Origin: Actinomycetota bacterium
Lineage (GTDB): Bacteria; Actinomycetota; Acidimicrobiia; IMCC26256; JACDBD01
NCBI GenBank assembly: GCA_046724435.1
Contig: JBKOWN010000010.1
Location: forward strand, 1-46,020
Direction of reading: 5' to 3'
DNA length: 46,020 nt
The translations under genes and the position numbers were made by a program. Of this stretch, positions 19,157-29,742 are shown one piece after another (the first letter of the stretch is position 1; every line of letters begins with the position of its first letter). Under the pieces are notes generated by a model that saw only the letters and a list, made by a program, of their open reading frames with translations, made no database searches and was not told where the DNA came from.

Positions 19157-19297
19157 GGTCGGACTCCCGCCGAGCTCGGCTGGCGGCTGCAGCGCCGTCG
19201 TGGATGCTAAGCGGTTGATCACCGACGGATGCACTCGCCACTGCGAGGAGCATCAAGGAGGCGGAACCGGGCGCCGCCGCGACCCGACGAACGGCGC

Positions 19298-20245
19298 TCA
19301 GCTCGCGGTGGACGGTGCGGACTGAGGGGTGTCGGCCGGCGCCGGCTCGCGTGGGCCGCTCCGGGCGCGGAACAGGGCGACGACGATCATTCCGAGCCCG
19401 TACACGGTGGCGGCGATCAGCACGATGACATTGACGACCGGGATCAGGCCCGCCACCGAGAGGATCCCCCAACCGACGAGGTACGAGAGCAGCCGATTGG
19501 TGGGCGGCCGGAGTATGAGCCGGCCGAGGAAGTACGCGGACGTGACGTACCCAAGCGTGTAAAGGAAGCCGAGCGCCAGCAACACGATCGCGCCGAGCGG
19601 CAAGCCGATCACCGTCGCGAGCAGGATCAACCCGACGACCGGCAAGCCCACGGCCGCGGCGATACCGAGCCCGATCGACGCGCCCACGGCCGTGCGTCCG
19701 GCATCGGCGAACGCATCCGCGGCGCGGGGCGCGATCAAGAGCAACAGCAGCCCGAGCACGAGTGTCGACACGATCACGGCAAGCCAAAGGAGGATCGCCG
19801 CGACGACGCCGACCTGACCCAGCGCGAAGCGCCTGCTGACCGACTTCACGTCGCCGTCAACGGTCGCTCCGGGAGAGATGCGCGCCTTCTCGCGCGAGGT
19901 GACGTCCCCGCCGACGCGGGCACCGCCATCCACGATGACCCGCCCGTTCACCGCGACGACGTCGTCTTTGACTGATCCCCTGACGATCACATCGCCGTTC
20001 AGTGCGAAGACCGAACCGCGCACGCTGCCGTTGATGCGAGCATCACCGTTGAGGATGACGACGCCGCCGACGCTCTCCTGAGGCGCGACATCCACCCGCC
20101 CCGTGATGACGACCTGGGTGTCGTCGTCGCGGTTCCTGGCCTGCGTCCCGCCTGGTGCGGCTACGGCAGGCGCGGCCACCGTCAGGGATGCCGCGGCGAC
20201 GAGCGCGCCTACCACGACACCCACACACACGCGCCGGTGGGTCAC
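19298..20245 (-). CDS. Bactofilin-like (polymer-forming beta-helix) domain membrane protein
   Basis: Signal peptide, repeated G.V.I.G.V.GDV units, then about 5 TM helices including IGLPLG. Confidence 0.72.
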   Translation of the reverse strand: MTHRRVCVGVVVGALVAAASLTVAAPAVAAPGGTQARNRDDDTQVVITGRVDVAPQESVGGVVILNGDARINGSVRGSVFALNGDVIVRGSVKDDVVAVNGRVIVDGGARVGGDVTSREKARISPGATVDGDVKSVSRRFALGQVGVVAAILLWLAVIVSTLVLGLLLLLIAPRAADAFADAGRTAVGASIGLGIAAAVGLPVVGLILLATVIGLPLGAIVLLALGFLYTLGYVTSAYFLGRLILRPPTNRLLSYLVGWGILSVAGLIPVVNVIVLIAATVYGLGMIVVALFRARSGPREPAPADTPQSAPSTAS

Positions 20246-20283
20246 GCCGTAGGAGATACCCGCTCGTGGTCACAGTGAAACCC

Positions 20284-20700
20284 TCAGTCGCCGAGCGCGC
20301 CGCGCAGATCACGCACGTGGTCCTGCGTCTGTTCGAGCAGCGGCCGCAGGGCCTCGGCGACGTCGGGAAGCCCCAGCTCCTGCGCCTGCTCGAAGCGCTC
20401 TCGATAGGCCGCCAGCTGGCGTTCCTCGAGCTCGAGATCGAGTGCGAGCGCCCGACGCGGCTCGGTGTGGTTCGGAACTTCAGGCACGTGCGTCGTCGGC
20501 TCCCCGCCGAGGAAGCCGATCTGCTCCGCGAGCACGGTGGCGTGCTCGAGCTCCTGGCGGAGGTGCGGGCGGATCATCTCGGCCATGGGCTGGAACTCGA
20601 TGCCCTTCACTGTCGCCGCGTGCTGGGTGTATTGGACGATCGACCGGAACTCCAGCTCGAGGTCGCCATTCAGCAGCTCGACCAGCTTTTCCCTATCCAT
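20284..20700 (-). CDS. Ferritin-like / bacterioferritin family protein
   Basis: LN.DL..E...IVQY..H, ELEHA..LAEQI..LGG.P and EQTQDH. Confidence 0.82.
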   Translation of the reverse strand: MDREKLVELLNGDLELEFRSIVQYTQHAATVKGIEFQPMAEMIRPHLRQELEHATVLAEQIGFLGGEPTTHVPEVPNHTEPRRALALDLELEERQLAAYRERFEQAQELGLPDVAEALRPLLEQTQDHVRDLRGALGD

Positions 20701-20791
20701 GATGTCTCCCGATGTGTACCCACGGTCCACCGGGACATCATGGCCATGCACTTCCCTCGGTAAACCAAGTTGCTGCGAGCGTCGGCGCGGG

Positions 20792-21763
20792 TCAGAAGCT
20801 CTCGAGATAGGCCGCCGCCCCGCGCACGACGGCATGACGCGGGTCGCGCGCCATACGGACCGGGAAGCCGAGCTCGAAGGCGAGACGGCGATCGAGGCCG
20901 AGCAACAGCGCCCCGCCGCCCGTCAGCACCAGGCCCTGATGGCTCGCATCGGCGACGAGCTCAGGCGGTGTGGCCTCGAGGGTGTCGCGCACGGTGTCGC
21001 AGATGCCGTGGACCGGTTCCTCGATCGCCTCGCGCAGCTCGACGGTGGAGACGGTGATCGTCCTCGGCGACCCTGTCGCCTGATCGACGCCACGGATGTC
21101 GACGTAGCCCTCTTCTCGGAGCGGCCACGCGCTCGCGTACCGCGACTTCACGTACTCCGCGGTCCCTTGGCCGATTCCGAGCCCGTACTCCTTCCGGCAG
21201 AAGGCCATGATCGCCTGGTCGAAGTGGTTGCCCGCGGTGCGGACGGACGCGCTCGCGACGACCCCGCCAAGGGACAGCACGGCAACTTCCGTGGTGCCGC
21301 CGCCGACGTCGACGACGAGGTTGCCGACCGCGCTCTCGATCGGCATGCCGGTCCCGAGCGCCGCCGCGACCGGCTCCTCGATGAGGTGCACCGGCTTGCG
21401 GGCACCGGCAAACTCCGCCGCCTCCTGCACTGCGTGACGTCCGAGCTCGGTCGCGCGGGAAGGGACGCAGACCACGACTCGAGGCCGCCACCAGCGCCGC
21501 TCACTCACGCGGTGCAGAAAGACCCGCAGCATCTTCTCGCACGCCGTGAGGTTGGCGACCGTGCCGTCCTCCAACGGGCAGAGCACTTCCAGATGGCGCG
21601 GTGTGCGCCCCTGCATGTGCTTCGCCGCGGCGCCGACCGCGACGATCTCGCCGTCGCGGCGATTGATCGCGATGGCAGACGGCTCGTCGACGACGACACC
21701 TCGCCCTCGCACGTAGGTGACCGTGTTGGCGGTGCCGAGGTCGACGGCGACGCCCAAGCCCAT
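20792..21763 (-). CDS. mreB: Rod shape-determining actin MreB
   Basis: DLGTANT, EPS, IEEPVAAALG, VVDVGGGTTEVA and LTGGGALL; AGGAGG RBS. Confidence 0.92.
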   Translation of the reverse strand: MGLGVAVDLGTANTVTYVRGRGVVVDEPSAIAINRRDGEIVAVGAAAKHMQGRTPRHLEVLCPLEDGTVANLTACEKMLRVFLHRVSERRWWRPRVVVCVPSRATELGRHAVQEAAEFAGARKPVHLIEEPVAAALGTGMPIESAVGNLVVDVGGGTTEVAVLSLGGVVASASVRTAGNHFDQAIMAFCRKEYGLGIGQGTAEYVKSRYASAWPLREEGYVDIRGVDQATGSPRTITVSTVELREAIEEPVHGICDTVRDTLEATPPELVADASHQGLVLTGGGALLLGLDRRLAFELGFPVRMARDPRHAVVRGAAAYLESF

Positions 21764-21843
21764 GCTCCCCTCCTGTTTCGACCCTACGGGTCTCGGCGCG
21801 CGAAGTCGACGACCCTCGGGCGTCGCGCGTCGCGCTCACGGAG

Positions 21844-22284
21844 TCAGCGCTCGTAGGTGCCCATCAGCGTCGCAGTCGCCCGGACGTGGCCGTCGATAGC
21901 CGCGCGAAGCTCGTCGATCGTCGATCCGGGCTCGAGGTCGACTGACTGGTCCAACGCGTACGACGTGAACTCGTAGTGATGCGGACCAGCTCCGGGCGGA
22001 GGGCATGGACCGCCGAAGCCGCTGTTGCCGAATCCGTTCCGACCTTGCCTGATCCCGGAACCGTCGTCGGCGGGAAGGCGACCGCTCGACGGGTCGATGC
22101 CCCAGGCCACCCAATGAACGAAGGTTCCGCTGGGCGCGTCGGGATCCTCACAGGTCAGCGCGAGGTCGACCACGCCGCTCGGCACACCGCTCCAATGCAG
22201 TTCGGGCGGCGCGTTCTCACCGTCGCAGGTGTGCACACGCGGAATCGGGTCGCCTTCTTCGAAGTTCGGACTCGTCAGGTCCAT
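21844..22284 (-). CDS. YbhB/YbcL (PEBP) family protein
   Basis: EDPDAPSGTFVHW and GPCPP.G.GPHHYEF motifs. Confidence 0.92.
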   Translation of the reverse strand: MDLTSPNFEEGDPIPRVHTCDGENAPPELHWSGVPSGVVDLALTCEDPDAPSGTFVHWVAWGIDPSSGRLPADDGSGIRQGRNGFGNSGFGGPCPPPGAGPHHYEFTSYALDQSVDLEPGSTIDELRAAIDGHVRATATLMGTYER

Positions 22285-22384
22285 CGCCGCCTCGCTGTGG
22301 TCATCGCCTCCCGGGTGGGTCACCACGATAGGTGGCTTTACCGCGGTCGGTGGGGGCGGCCGGCGCAGCTAGGTTGGGCGGCGC

Positions 22385-23764
22385 GTGACCGGCAGACTGC
22401 TCTTCGCATGCTGCGTCGTCATAGCCGTTCTCCTCGCGGCATGCTCGTCCGGGAGTAACACGAAGTCGAAGTCCAGCAAGGGGACGACCGCGACAACCGC
22501 GCCGCAGACAGGCGGTTCGCAACCCGGCGGAGCGTGGCCCACCTACCACCGCGACGCGTTGCGCACTGGCGTTGAACCGAGCGGTCCGACTCCAGGCTCG
22601 CTTCGCCGAGTGTGGGAGTCGCCAGAGGTCGACGGGAAGGTGTACGCCGAACCGGTCTTCGTCGGCAACCAGGTGCTCGTCGCAACCGAGCACGACACCG
22701 TGTACGCGCTCGACGCCGCGACGGGCCAGGTCCAGTGGCAGAAGAATCTCGGTGAACCGGTTCCCCAATCGCAGCTCCCGTGCGGGAACATCGACCCGAC
22801 CGGCATCACGAGCACGCCCGTCGTCGACACCGGGCGCGGTCTGGTGTACGTCGTCACGTTCACGATGCCGGCCCGCCACGAACTCGTCGCGCTCGATCTC
22901 GCTTCGGGCGTGCAGCGTTTCCGTCGGCCTGTCGACGCGCAAGGCGCAGACCCGAAGGTCGAGCAACAACGCAGTGCGCTCGCGATGGCCGGGGACCAGG
23001 TGCTCATCGCGTACGGCGGACTGTTCGGCGACTGCGGTACCTACCACGGTTACGTGATCGCGGCGCGTGCCGACGGAAGCGGCGACCTCACGACCTTCCA
23101 GGTCCCGACGGCGCGCTCGGGAGCCGTCTGGGCGCCGCCCGGTCCGGTGGTGGACAACAACACCGTGCTGATCGCAAGCGGGAACTCGGTCGGGCCGGGT
23201 GGCAACCAGGACCTGTCGAACTCGGTGCTGCGCCTGTCCCTGCCCGGGCTCCAGCTCAAGGACTCGTGGACGCCACGCAATCGCGACGAGCTGAGCCAAA
23301 CCGATCAGGACCTCGGTTCCACGTCACCGGTGCCGGTCGGAAACGGGCTCGTCTTCGTGGTGGGCAAGGAAGGCGTGGGCTACCTCATGCGCGCCGATGC
23401 GCTGGGGGGCGTCGGCGGCGAGGTCTTCTCCGGACCGGTGTGCCGCGGGTTCGGAGGTACTGCGTCGGCGCCGCCTTTGCTGTTCGTGCCGTGTCGCAAC
23501 GAGCTCGACGCGCTCCGCATCGAAGGATCGAGCTTCTCCGTGGCGTGGCGCGTGCCGGGCGTCGACGGGTCGCCCATCGTCACCGGCGACACCGTGTGGG
23601 CGATCGACCTCAGCGGAGGCCAGCTGCACGCGTACCGTTCGTCCGACGGGCAGGAGCTCGCCAGCATGCCGGTGGGGGACGTCGCCAACTTCGGCACACC
23701 GGCGGCGGGGAACGGCCTCGTCGTCGTCGCCGGCGGCGGGCATGTCGTCGCCTTCGGGAACTAA
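22385..23764 (+). CDS. PQQ-like beta-propeller lipoprotein
   Basis: Lipobox LAAC; WPTYH.D..RTG, YALDAATG...W, GITSTPVVD and D.DLGS. Confidence 0.8.
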   Translation: MTGRLLFACCVVIAVLLAACSSGSNTKSKSSKGTTATTAPQTGGSQPGGAWPTYHRDALRTGVEPSGPTPGSLRRVWESPEVDGKVYAEPVFVGNQVLVATEHDTVYALDAATGQVQWQKNLGEPVPQSQLPCGNIDPTGITSTPVVDTGRGLVYVVTFTMPARHELVALDLASGVQRFRRPVDAQGADPKVEQQRSALAMAGDQVLIAYGGLFGDCGTYHGYVIAARADGSGDLTTFQVPTARSGAVWAPPGPVVDNNTVLIASGNSVGPGGNQDLSNSVLRLSLPGLQLKDSWTPRNRDELSQTDQDLGSTSPVPVGNGLVFVVGKEGVGYLMRADALGGVGGEVFSGPVCRGFGGTASAPPLLFVPCRNELDALRIEGSSFSVAWRVPGVDGSPIVTGDTVWAIDLSGGQLHAYRSSDGQELASMPVGDVANFGTPAAGNGLVVVAGGGHVVAFGN

Positions 23765-23768
23765 CGGG

Positions 23769-24710
23769 TTGCTCCGCAGTCGAGCGTTCGGCGTCGGCGC
23801 GACGGCACTGCTGTTCGTCGGCCTCGCGTTCCTGATCTCGACGAGGGGCGGTACGCCGGCGGGCACGTTTCGGGTCGCGAGCGGGCCGCAAGGGCTCGCG
23901 ACCGGCCACGGCGCGGTCTGGGTCGCCAGCACCGACGAAGGCCGCGTGTCACGGTTCGATCCCCGCTCCCGCCGCGTCACCGCCACGATCCACGTCGGCG
24001 GTGCGCCAGTCGACGCGACCTTCGGCGGCGGCGCGGTGTGGGTCACCGAGCCCGGGCGCGACGAGGTGGTGCGCGTCGACGCTGCCGCCACTCGGGCCAT
24101 CTCAAAGATCCCAGTCGGTGACACGCCGACGGCGATCGCGGCGGACGACACTTCGGTCTGGGTCGCCAACAACAGAGCCGAGACGGTCTCGCGCATCGAC
24201 CCCGCCACCGGCGCGGTTGCGGCCACCATCCCGGTGGGTGGACGACCCGCCGGGGTCGCCGTGGGCTCGGGCTCGGTCTGGGTCTCGAACCCGAAAGGCA
24301 ACTCCGTCTCCCGCATCGATCCCGCGACCAACTCGATCGTCGCAACGATCGTCACCGGTCACGTCTCCGCCGCGGTAGCGGCCGGCGACGGCGCAATCTG
24401 GGTGGCTAACGTCAAGGCGGGGACCGTCTCTCGCATCGATCCCGACACCAACGCGATTGTGGCGACGATGCGTGTCGGTACGCGACCGATTGCGATCGTG
24501 GCCGGCGGCGGTGCGGTCTGGGTCGCGAACGTCGAGGACAACACCGTCTCGCGGATCGACCCGACGATCAACCGAGTGACAGCTACCGTCGCCGTCCACA
24601 GCGATCCCAGCGCTCTCGCGGTCTTCGACGGGACGCTCTGGGTCGCGAACGAGGGCGACGGCGTCTTGTCGCGCCTCCCGGCGGCGCCCGCGGCAACGGG
24701 CCGTCAGTAG
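23769..24710 (+). CDS. YVTN/YncE-type beta-propeller protein
   Basis: About 7 repeats of VWVAN....VSRIDP.TN.V.ATI.VG; N-terminal TM; start uncertain (23742 or 23769). Confidence 0.8.
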   Translation: MLRSRAFGVGATALLFVGLAFLISTRGGTPAGTFRVASGPQGLATGHGAVWVASTDEGRVSRFDPRSRRVTATIHVGGAPVDATFGGGAVWVTEPGRDEVVRVDAAATRAISKIPVGDTPTAIAADDTSVWVANNRAETVSRIDPATGAVAATIPVGGRPAGVAVGSGSVWVSNPKGNSVSRIDPATNSIVATIVTGHVSAAVAAGDGAIWVANVKAGTVSRIDPDTNAIVATMRVGTRPIAIVAGGGAVWVANVEDNTVSRIDPTINRVTATVAVHSDPSALAVFDGTLWVANEGDGVLSRLPAAPAATGRQ

Positions 24711-25297
24711 AGCCAGGGATCCCGCAGGTCGCTGTACTCGACGTTGGCCATCAGCTTCTCGAAATCGGCCGCCTGCGGCGCGAGCTCCGAGGGTGCTTCC
24801 TTCTTCTCGCCTTCGCGCGCGTCAGCCTCGCTCGTGAAGTAATTCGCCTCGGTGTAGCGATCGGGCCCGGTCCAGACCCGGAGCCCGCCGATCAGATCGG
24901 GCCGCCACGACCCCGCCACCTTCTCGAAGCCGGCGTCCAGTGCGTGCAGCTGGTCACGGTCGGCGCTGCCTCGCATGATCTGCACGAAGCCCGCGTCGTT
25001 CGACCCGCCGCCGAGGAACGTCTCGACGTCCTCGGAGTCGGTGAACGTGACGTCGCCGGCGAAGCACCCCTCCGTCTCCGCCCACCAGCGCCCCTGCTCA
25101 GGACGCTCGCTATTGGCCTTGGCGGCGCCGGCCGACTGAAAGCGGGCGAACGCGATCCCGTAGCCGTCGTCGGTCACGCCGGCTGTGGATCCCAGAAATC
25201 CCGTCGCGCCGGGCCGCAGGTCGCTCTGCCACCGGTCCATCTGGCGGTGCAGGCCATCGCGATCCGACACACGACCTTCGATCACTTGCACGAACAT
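24704..25297 (-). CDS. Hypothetical protein with two ABM-like dimeric alpha/beta repeats
   Basis: Internal duplication FVQVIEG / FVQIMRG; GAGGAG RBS. Confidence 0.7.
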   Translation of the reverse strand: MFVQVIEGRVSDRDGLHRQMDRWQSDLRPGATGFLGSTAGVTDDGYGIAFARFQSAGAAKANSERPEQGRWWAETEGCFAGDVTFTDSEDVETFLGGGSNDAGFVQIMRGSADRDQLHALDAGFEKVAGSWRPDLIGGLRVWTGPDRYTEANYFTSEADAREGEKKEAPSELAPQAADFEKLMANVEYSDLRDPWLY

Positions 25298-25411
25298 CCG
25301 CACCATCTCCTCGCGTCGGGTTTCCGGTCGAATGATCCTCCGGTGGCAAGAGCACCGCAACCGGCCCGGCGCCGATCGACGTAGCGTGGCGGGCGTCGAG
25401 AGGTCGGAGCG

Positions 25412-25876
25412 ATGCAGCAGGCGTTCGTCTTCGAGAAGGTGGCGGTTCTCGTCGGCCCGTGGCACGAGCCGATGGAGCCCCCCGAGCGCGGCGCGCGGGT
25501 CGAGGTGCGGCTGCTCGCCGAGGAGCCGCGGCGCGGGTCGCGCTCTGCGGCGCAACGGTTGGTGATCGACCAACCCGTCTTCCGCGCCGATCTCTTCGAT
25601 CAGGCCGACGGCCCGCCCGGCAATCTCCGGAGCGCGCACTTCCATCCCCGATTCCACGGCGTCGAGCCGTGCGATCGGCACTGGCGCGACGAGATTCGCG
25701 CCGATCCCACCGGCTGGCTCGCGATACAGCTCGGCGACCTGCGCCGGCTCCTCGATGAGTCGGGGGTCGACGTCAGCGACGCGCCGTGGATCGAAGAGGA
25801 CGCGGCCGCGCTTCGCGACGCCGTTCCCGGCGTGCTGGCTGCGGTCGAGCGAACCTGGGAGGCGGTTCGCGTCTGA
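25412..25876 (+). CDS. Hypothetical protein (HxH motif)
   Basis: Coding-like ORF with GGAG RBS; FRADLF and AHFHP. Confidence 0.65.
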   Translation: MQQAFVFEKVAVLVGPWHEPMEPPERGARVEVRLLAEEPRRGSRSAAQRLVIDQPVFRADLFDQADGPPGNLRSAHFHPRFHGVEPCDRHWRDEIRADPTGWLAIQLGDLRRLLDESGVDVSDAPWIEEDAAALRDAVPGVLAAVERTWEAVRV

Positions 25877-25894
25877 CCGCGAACCCCGCGGGTC

Positions 25895-26086
25895 TCAGCC
25901 CTCCGCGGTGTCGAGGCGCTCCGGGTCGGTCGCCGGAGGCGCTTCGGGAGCCGCGGTCGTGCCACGTGACTCCTCGGGTGACGGCACGCCATCGTGTTGC
26001 CGGCGTGCCCGCTTTGCTGCTTGCTTTTCCTGACGCTTTCGCTCGCGCTCGCGCTTCTCGAACGACGTGCGCTGACGACCCGCCAT
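25895..26086 (-). CDS. Small basic hypothetical protein
   Basis: AAGGAG RBS; FEKRERERKRQEKQAAKRARR; directly downstream of cspA. Confidence 0.7.
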   Translation of the reverse strand: MAGRQRTSFEKRERERKRQEKQAAKRARRQHDGVPSPEESRGTTAAPEAPPATDPERLDTAEG

Positions 26087-26157
26087 GACTACTCCTTGTC
26101 GCTCCCGAGGTGTCGGGTAACGGCAATGCCGCTACCCGACGCCTCGTGTGAGCCTCG

Positions 26158-26361
26158 TCAGACGACTCGGACGTTCTGGGCTTCCTCGCCCTTCCGGCCG
26201 GGCGCCACGTCGAACTCGACGCGCTGACCGTCTTCGAGCGAGCGGTAGCCGTCGCCCTGAATCGCAGAGAAGTGGACGAAGACGTCGTCTCCGCCTTCAC
26301 GCTGGATGAAGCCGAAGCCCTTCTCCGAGTTGAACCATTTCACGGTGCCTTGCGTTGCCAT
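26158..26361 (-). CDS. cspA: Cold-shock protein
   Basis: [15 protein letters not shown] and DVFVHFSAI (RNP1/RNP2); AAGGA RBS. Confidence 0.97.
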   Translation of the reverse strand: MATQGTVKWFNSEKGFGFIQREGGDDVFVHFSAIQGDGYRSLEDGQRVEFDVAPGRKGEEAQNVRVV

Positions 26362-26704
26362 TCGTTGTTTCCTTAGCAGTTGTCACCCCGCCGACCCGGT
26401 GTCAGCAGCCGGGAGGCGGGACACGTGTTCAATGTCCATTCGGTGGCTCGAAGGGAGCGAAGCGGACAGGTACCTCACTGGGGCGAACCGAATCCCCGGG
26501 ACACTGCCCGCCAGGCGGGAGCGACGAGAAGAGGGTCGGACCGGTGTTGTCGCTCGCGCCGCAACGTGGCGACCGAAGCTGACCAATTCAGACTACTCGA
26601 CCCACGCCGCCTGGCAGATCATGGCGGGGTGGGGTCGGCGCTAGCGTCAGCGCGAGCATTTGCCTGCCGGAATCAGCTTGCCAGAAAGGGGTAGGGACAC
26701 TCGG

Positions 26705-27817
26705 ATGCCCGTCTCTTCCGCCGACCTCGGTCCCGTGCTCGTGACCGGAGCGTCAGGATTCATCGGCTCTTCGGTGGTTCGCGCCCTGCTCGATCGGGGT
26801 GCTCACGTCCGTGCCCTCATCGAGCCGGGACGGGACGACGACAACCTCGCCGGCCTAGCTGTCGACCGAGTCGTCGGCGATATTCGAGACTCAGCCACGG
26901 TCGAAGAGGCGGTCGACGGGATCTCGACGGTCTTCCACCTGGCTGCGATCTATCGCTTCTGGGCCGCCGACCCGGACCTCTTCTACGACGTGAACGTCGG
27001 CGGCACGATGAACGTCCTGCGCGCCGCGACACGATCGAAGTGCCGCCGGCTCGTCTACACGAGCACGGTCGCGACGCTCGGCGTCGCCGAGAACGGCAGG
27101 CCCGCGTCCGAGCAGTCGCTCGTGCACTTCGAGCACCTCTTCGGGCATTACAAGCGATCGAAATACCTCGCCGAGCACGAAGTCCTGCGCGCCGGCGCGA
27201 GCGGGCTCCCAGTCCTGCTGGTGCATCCGACGTTCCCCGTCGGCGAGGGCGACGCCGCGCCCACGCCGACCGGTCGCACGATCGTCGAGTTCCTGAACGG
27301 CCGCATCCCCGCCTTCGTCGACACTGCGCTCAACGTCGTGCACGTCGACGACGTCGCCCGCGGCCACGTGCTGGCCGCCGAGTCCGGTCGCGTGGGGCGC
27401 AGCTACATCCTGGGCGGCGAGAACATGTCGCTGCAGAGAATGCTGTCGACGCTGGCCGAGATCTGCGGTTTGGCGGCCCCTCGCGTGCGGTTGCATCCTC
27501 GTGTCGTGCTGCCGATCGTGCGGACCGCCGAATGGGCCGAGGCCACCGTGCTCGGGAGGGAGCCAACCCTCCCGTCCGAGCCCGTGCGCATGGCGACCAC
27601 ACGCATGGAGTACGACGACAGCCGCGCACGCACCGAGCTCGGATACTCGAGCATTCCCGCCCGCGAGGCTCTCGCGCGCGCGGTGCGGTGGTACCTCGAG
27701 CACGGCTTCGTGAAGCCTGCCCGCGTCGAGCGCATTCGGGGAGCGGCCGGTCTTGCGCTCGACCGTGGCCGGTCGGATGACACCGACGACTCGTACGCGG
27801 AGCGCCTCGCGCAATGA
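26705..27817 (+). CDS. hpnA: Hopanoid-associated sugar epimerase / NAD-dependent epimerase
   Basis: TGASGFIG, FHLAA.YR.W, YTSTVATLG, YKRSK, P.PTG..IV.FLNG..P.FVDT.LN. Confidence 0.78.
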   Translation: MPVSSADLGPVLVTGASGFIGSSVVRALLDRGAHVRALIEPGRDDDNLAGLAVDRVVGDIRDSATVEEAVDGISTVFHLAAIYRFWAADPDLFYDVNVGGTMNVLRAATRSKCRRLVYTSTVATLGVAENGRPASEQSLVHFEHLFGHYKRSKYLAEHEVLRAGASGLPVLLVHPTFPVGEGDAAPTPTGRTIVEFLNGRIPAFVDTALNVVHVDDVARGHVLAAESGRVGRSYILGGENMSLQRMLSTLAEICGLAAPRVRLHPRVVLPIVRTAEWAEATVLGREPTLPSEPVRMATTRMEYDDSRARTELGYSSIPAREALARAVRWYLEHGFVKPARVERIRGAAGLALDRGRSDDTDDSYAERLAQ

Positions 27818-29280
27818 CGGCACTACCGCACGAGTTCGACGATTCCTCTGCCGGCACGCCGGACATTGCGTCCGCATCGGGCCCGACGCAGAGCGACGAC
27901 TTCGATCTTGGCGCGCTGCTCGCGGCGCGCCGACATGAGGCGTTCGCGCTGCACGAGCGCTACATCAATCCGCAGATGCCACGCGTGCTCCGCACGATCG
28001 GTTTCGACCGCGAATGGGTGCGGGCCGAGGGACCGTATCTCTTCGACCGCGACGGCAACGCGTATCTCGACTTCCTCGCCGGGTTCGGCGTGTTCGCCCT
28101 CGGCCGGTGCCATCCCGTGATCGAGCAGGCGTTGCAGGATGCGATGGATGCCGACCTGCCGAACCTCGTGCAAATGGACTGCCCACCGCTCGCCGGTCTG
28201 CTCGCCGAAGCGCTCGTCGCCCAGATGCCCGACGACGCGTATCGATGCTTCTTCACGAACAGCGGAGCCGAATCGATCGAGACCCTGCTCAAGTTCGTGC
28301 GTGGCGCGACGGGCCGGTCGCGAATCCTGTTCGCCGACCACGCGTTCCACGGGCTGACCACCGGTGCCCTGTCGCTGAACGGAGGGCGCGAGTTCCGAAA
28401 CGGGTTCGGTGACCTGCTCCCCGGGTGCCAGAGCGTCGCCTTCGGCGACCTCGACGCGCTCCGTCGCGAGTTGGAGGCCGGCGACGTCGCTGCGTTCGTC
28501 GTCGAGCCGATCCAGGGCAAGGGCGTCTTCGTCGCCCCCGACGACTACCTGCGCGAGGCCGCCGACCTGTGCCACCGGCACGGCGCGCTCCTCGCGGTCG
28601 ACGAGGTCCAGACCGGGCTCGGGCGAACCGGCACGCTCTTCGCCTTCGAGCAGTGGGGCGTCGTCCCCGACATCGTCACGGTCGCCAAGGCGCTGTCGGG
28701 TGGATACGTCCCCGTCGGCGCCATCATCGCCCGGGCTCACGTCGTCGAGAGCGTGTTCGACAAGATGGACCGCGCCGTCGTGCACAGCACGACCTTCGGC
28801 CAGAACGTCCTGGCGATGACCGCCGGCCTCGCCACCCTTCACACCATCGACGCCGAGCACATCGTCGAACGCGCCGCGAAGCGAGGGGCGCGGCTGCTCT
28901 CGGGCCTCCAGGCACTCGAGGACAGCCACGAGGTGGTGCACGAGGTCAGAGGCCGCGGCCTCATGATCGGCATCGAGTTCCGCCGGCCGCGCTCGCGGCG
29001 ACTACGAGCCCAATGGAGGATCCTGGAGACGATGCGCACCGGGCTCTTCACCCAGCTCGTCGTCGTGCCGCTCTTCCGGGACCATCGCATCCTCACCCAG
29101 GTCGCGGGCGACAACCAGAACATCCTCAAGATCCTCCCGCCTCTCGTCATCACCGACCCGCAGGCGGACTCCTTCGTCGACGCGGTCGATGCCGTCCTGA
29201 CCAAGCTCGAGCGGTCGCTGGGCCTCCTCTTCGGCGTCGGTCGTTCGCTGGCGATCCCGGCGATGAGGAAAGGCCGATAG
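27814..29280 (+). CDS. hpnO: Class III aminotransferase, HpnO-like
   Basis: [43 protein letters not shown] and the HpnO-like [21 protein letters not shown]. Confidence 0.78.
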   Translation: MTALPHEFDDSSAGTPDIASASGPTQSDDFDLGALLAARRHEAFALHERYINPQMPRVLRTIGFDREWVRAEGPYLFDRDGNAYLDFLAGFGVFALGRCHPVIEQALQDAMDADLPNLVQMDCPPLAGLLAEALVAQMPDDAYRCFFTNSGAESIETLLKFVRGATGRSRILFADHAFHGLTTGALSLNGGREFRNGFGDLLPGCQSVAFGDLDALRRELEAGDVAAFVVEPIQGKGVFVAPDDYLREAADLCHRHGALLAVDEVQTGLGRTGTLFAFEQWGVVPDIVTVAKALSGGYVPVGAIIARAHVVESVFDKMDRAVVHSTTFGQNVLAMTAGLATLHTIDAEHIVERAAKRGARLLSGLQALEDSHEVVHEVRGRGLMIGIEFRRPRSRRLRAQWRILETMRTGLFTQLVVVPLFRDHRILTQVAGDNQNILKILPPLVITDPQADSFVDAVDAVLTKLERSLGLLFGVGRSLAIPAMRKGR

Positions 29281-29283
29281 CGC

Positions 29284-29742
29284 ATGACCGACAAGTCGAC
29301 GTTCAATGACGACGAGTGGAAGGCGCTCACGGACGCGCCGCTGTTGGTGACATTGGCATTGTTCGCGGCGGGTGAGCACGGACCGATCTCGATGGTGAAG
29401 GAAGCGAGCGCCAGCGCCCGCACCATCGCCCATCCGCCCGCCGGCGGCCCCGCGGACGAGCTCATCACCGAGATCGCCAAGGAGGCGGAAGGCAAGGAGG
29501 CGCGTCACAACGCACGCCAGCATCAGGTGGCCAACCTCGAGCAGGTCATCGAAGCCTCGCTCACCGACCTCGGCGGCGCCGCGACCGCGTTGCGCAGGCT
29601 CCCGGACGACCAAGCTGCGCAGGTCGGCCATTGGTTCGTCGACATCGCCAAGACGGTCGCGGCCGCAGCCAAGACCGTTACTCCCACCGAGCAGGAGACG
29701 ATCGACAAGATCGCAGCGTTGTTCGCGACCCCGTCGTCGTGA
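29284..29742 (+). CDS. Hypothetical helical protein (TerB-like resemblance)
   Basis: F...EW..L..AP, VKE, IA..VA.AAK and E...I..IA pattern; tightly spaced in the operon. Confidence 0.6.
   Translation: MTDKSTFNDDEWKALTDAPLLVTLALFAAGEHGPISMVKEASASARTIAHPPAGGPADELITEIAKEAEGKEARHNARQHQVANLEQVIEASLTDLGGAATALRRLPDDQAAQVGHWFVDIAKTVAAAAKTVTPTEQETIDKIAALFATPSS

Noticed and set aside
19157-19297. preQ1 riboswitch upstream of queD
   Set aside because: No short stem-loop with the A-rich 3' tail of preQ1-I is visible. An Rfam scan would be needed to exclude other classes.
23890-24660. Repeated DNA units resembling an array or CRISPR
   Set aside because: They are degenerate in-frame codons for beta-propeller blades, with no identical repeats separated by unique spacers.
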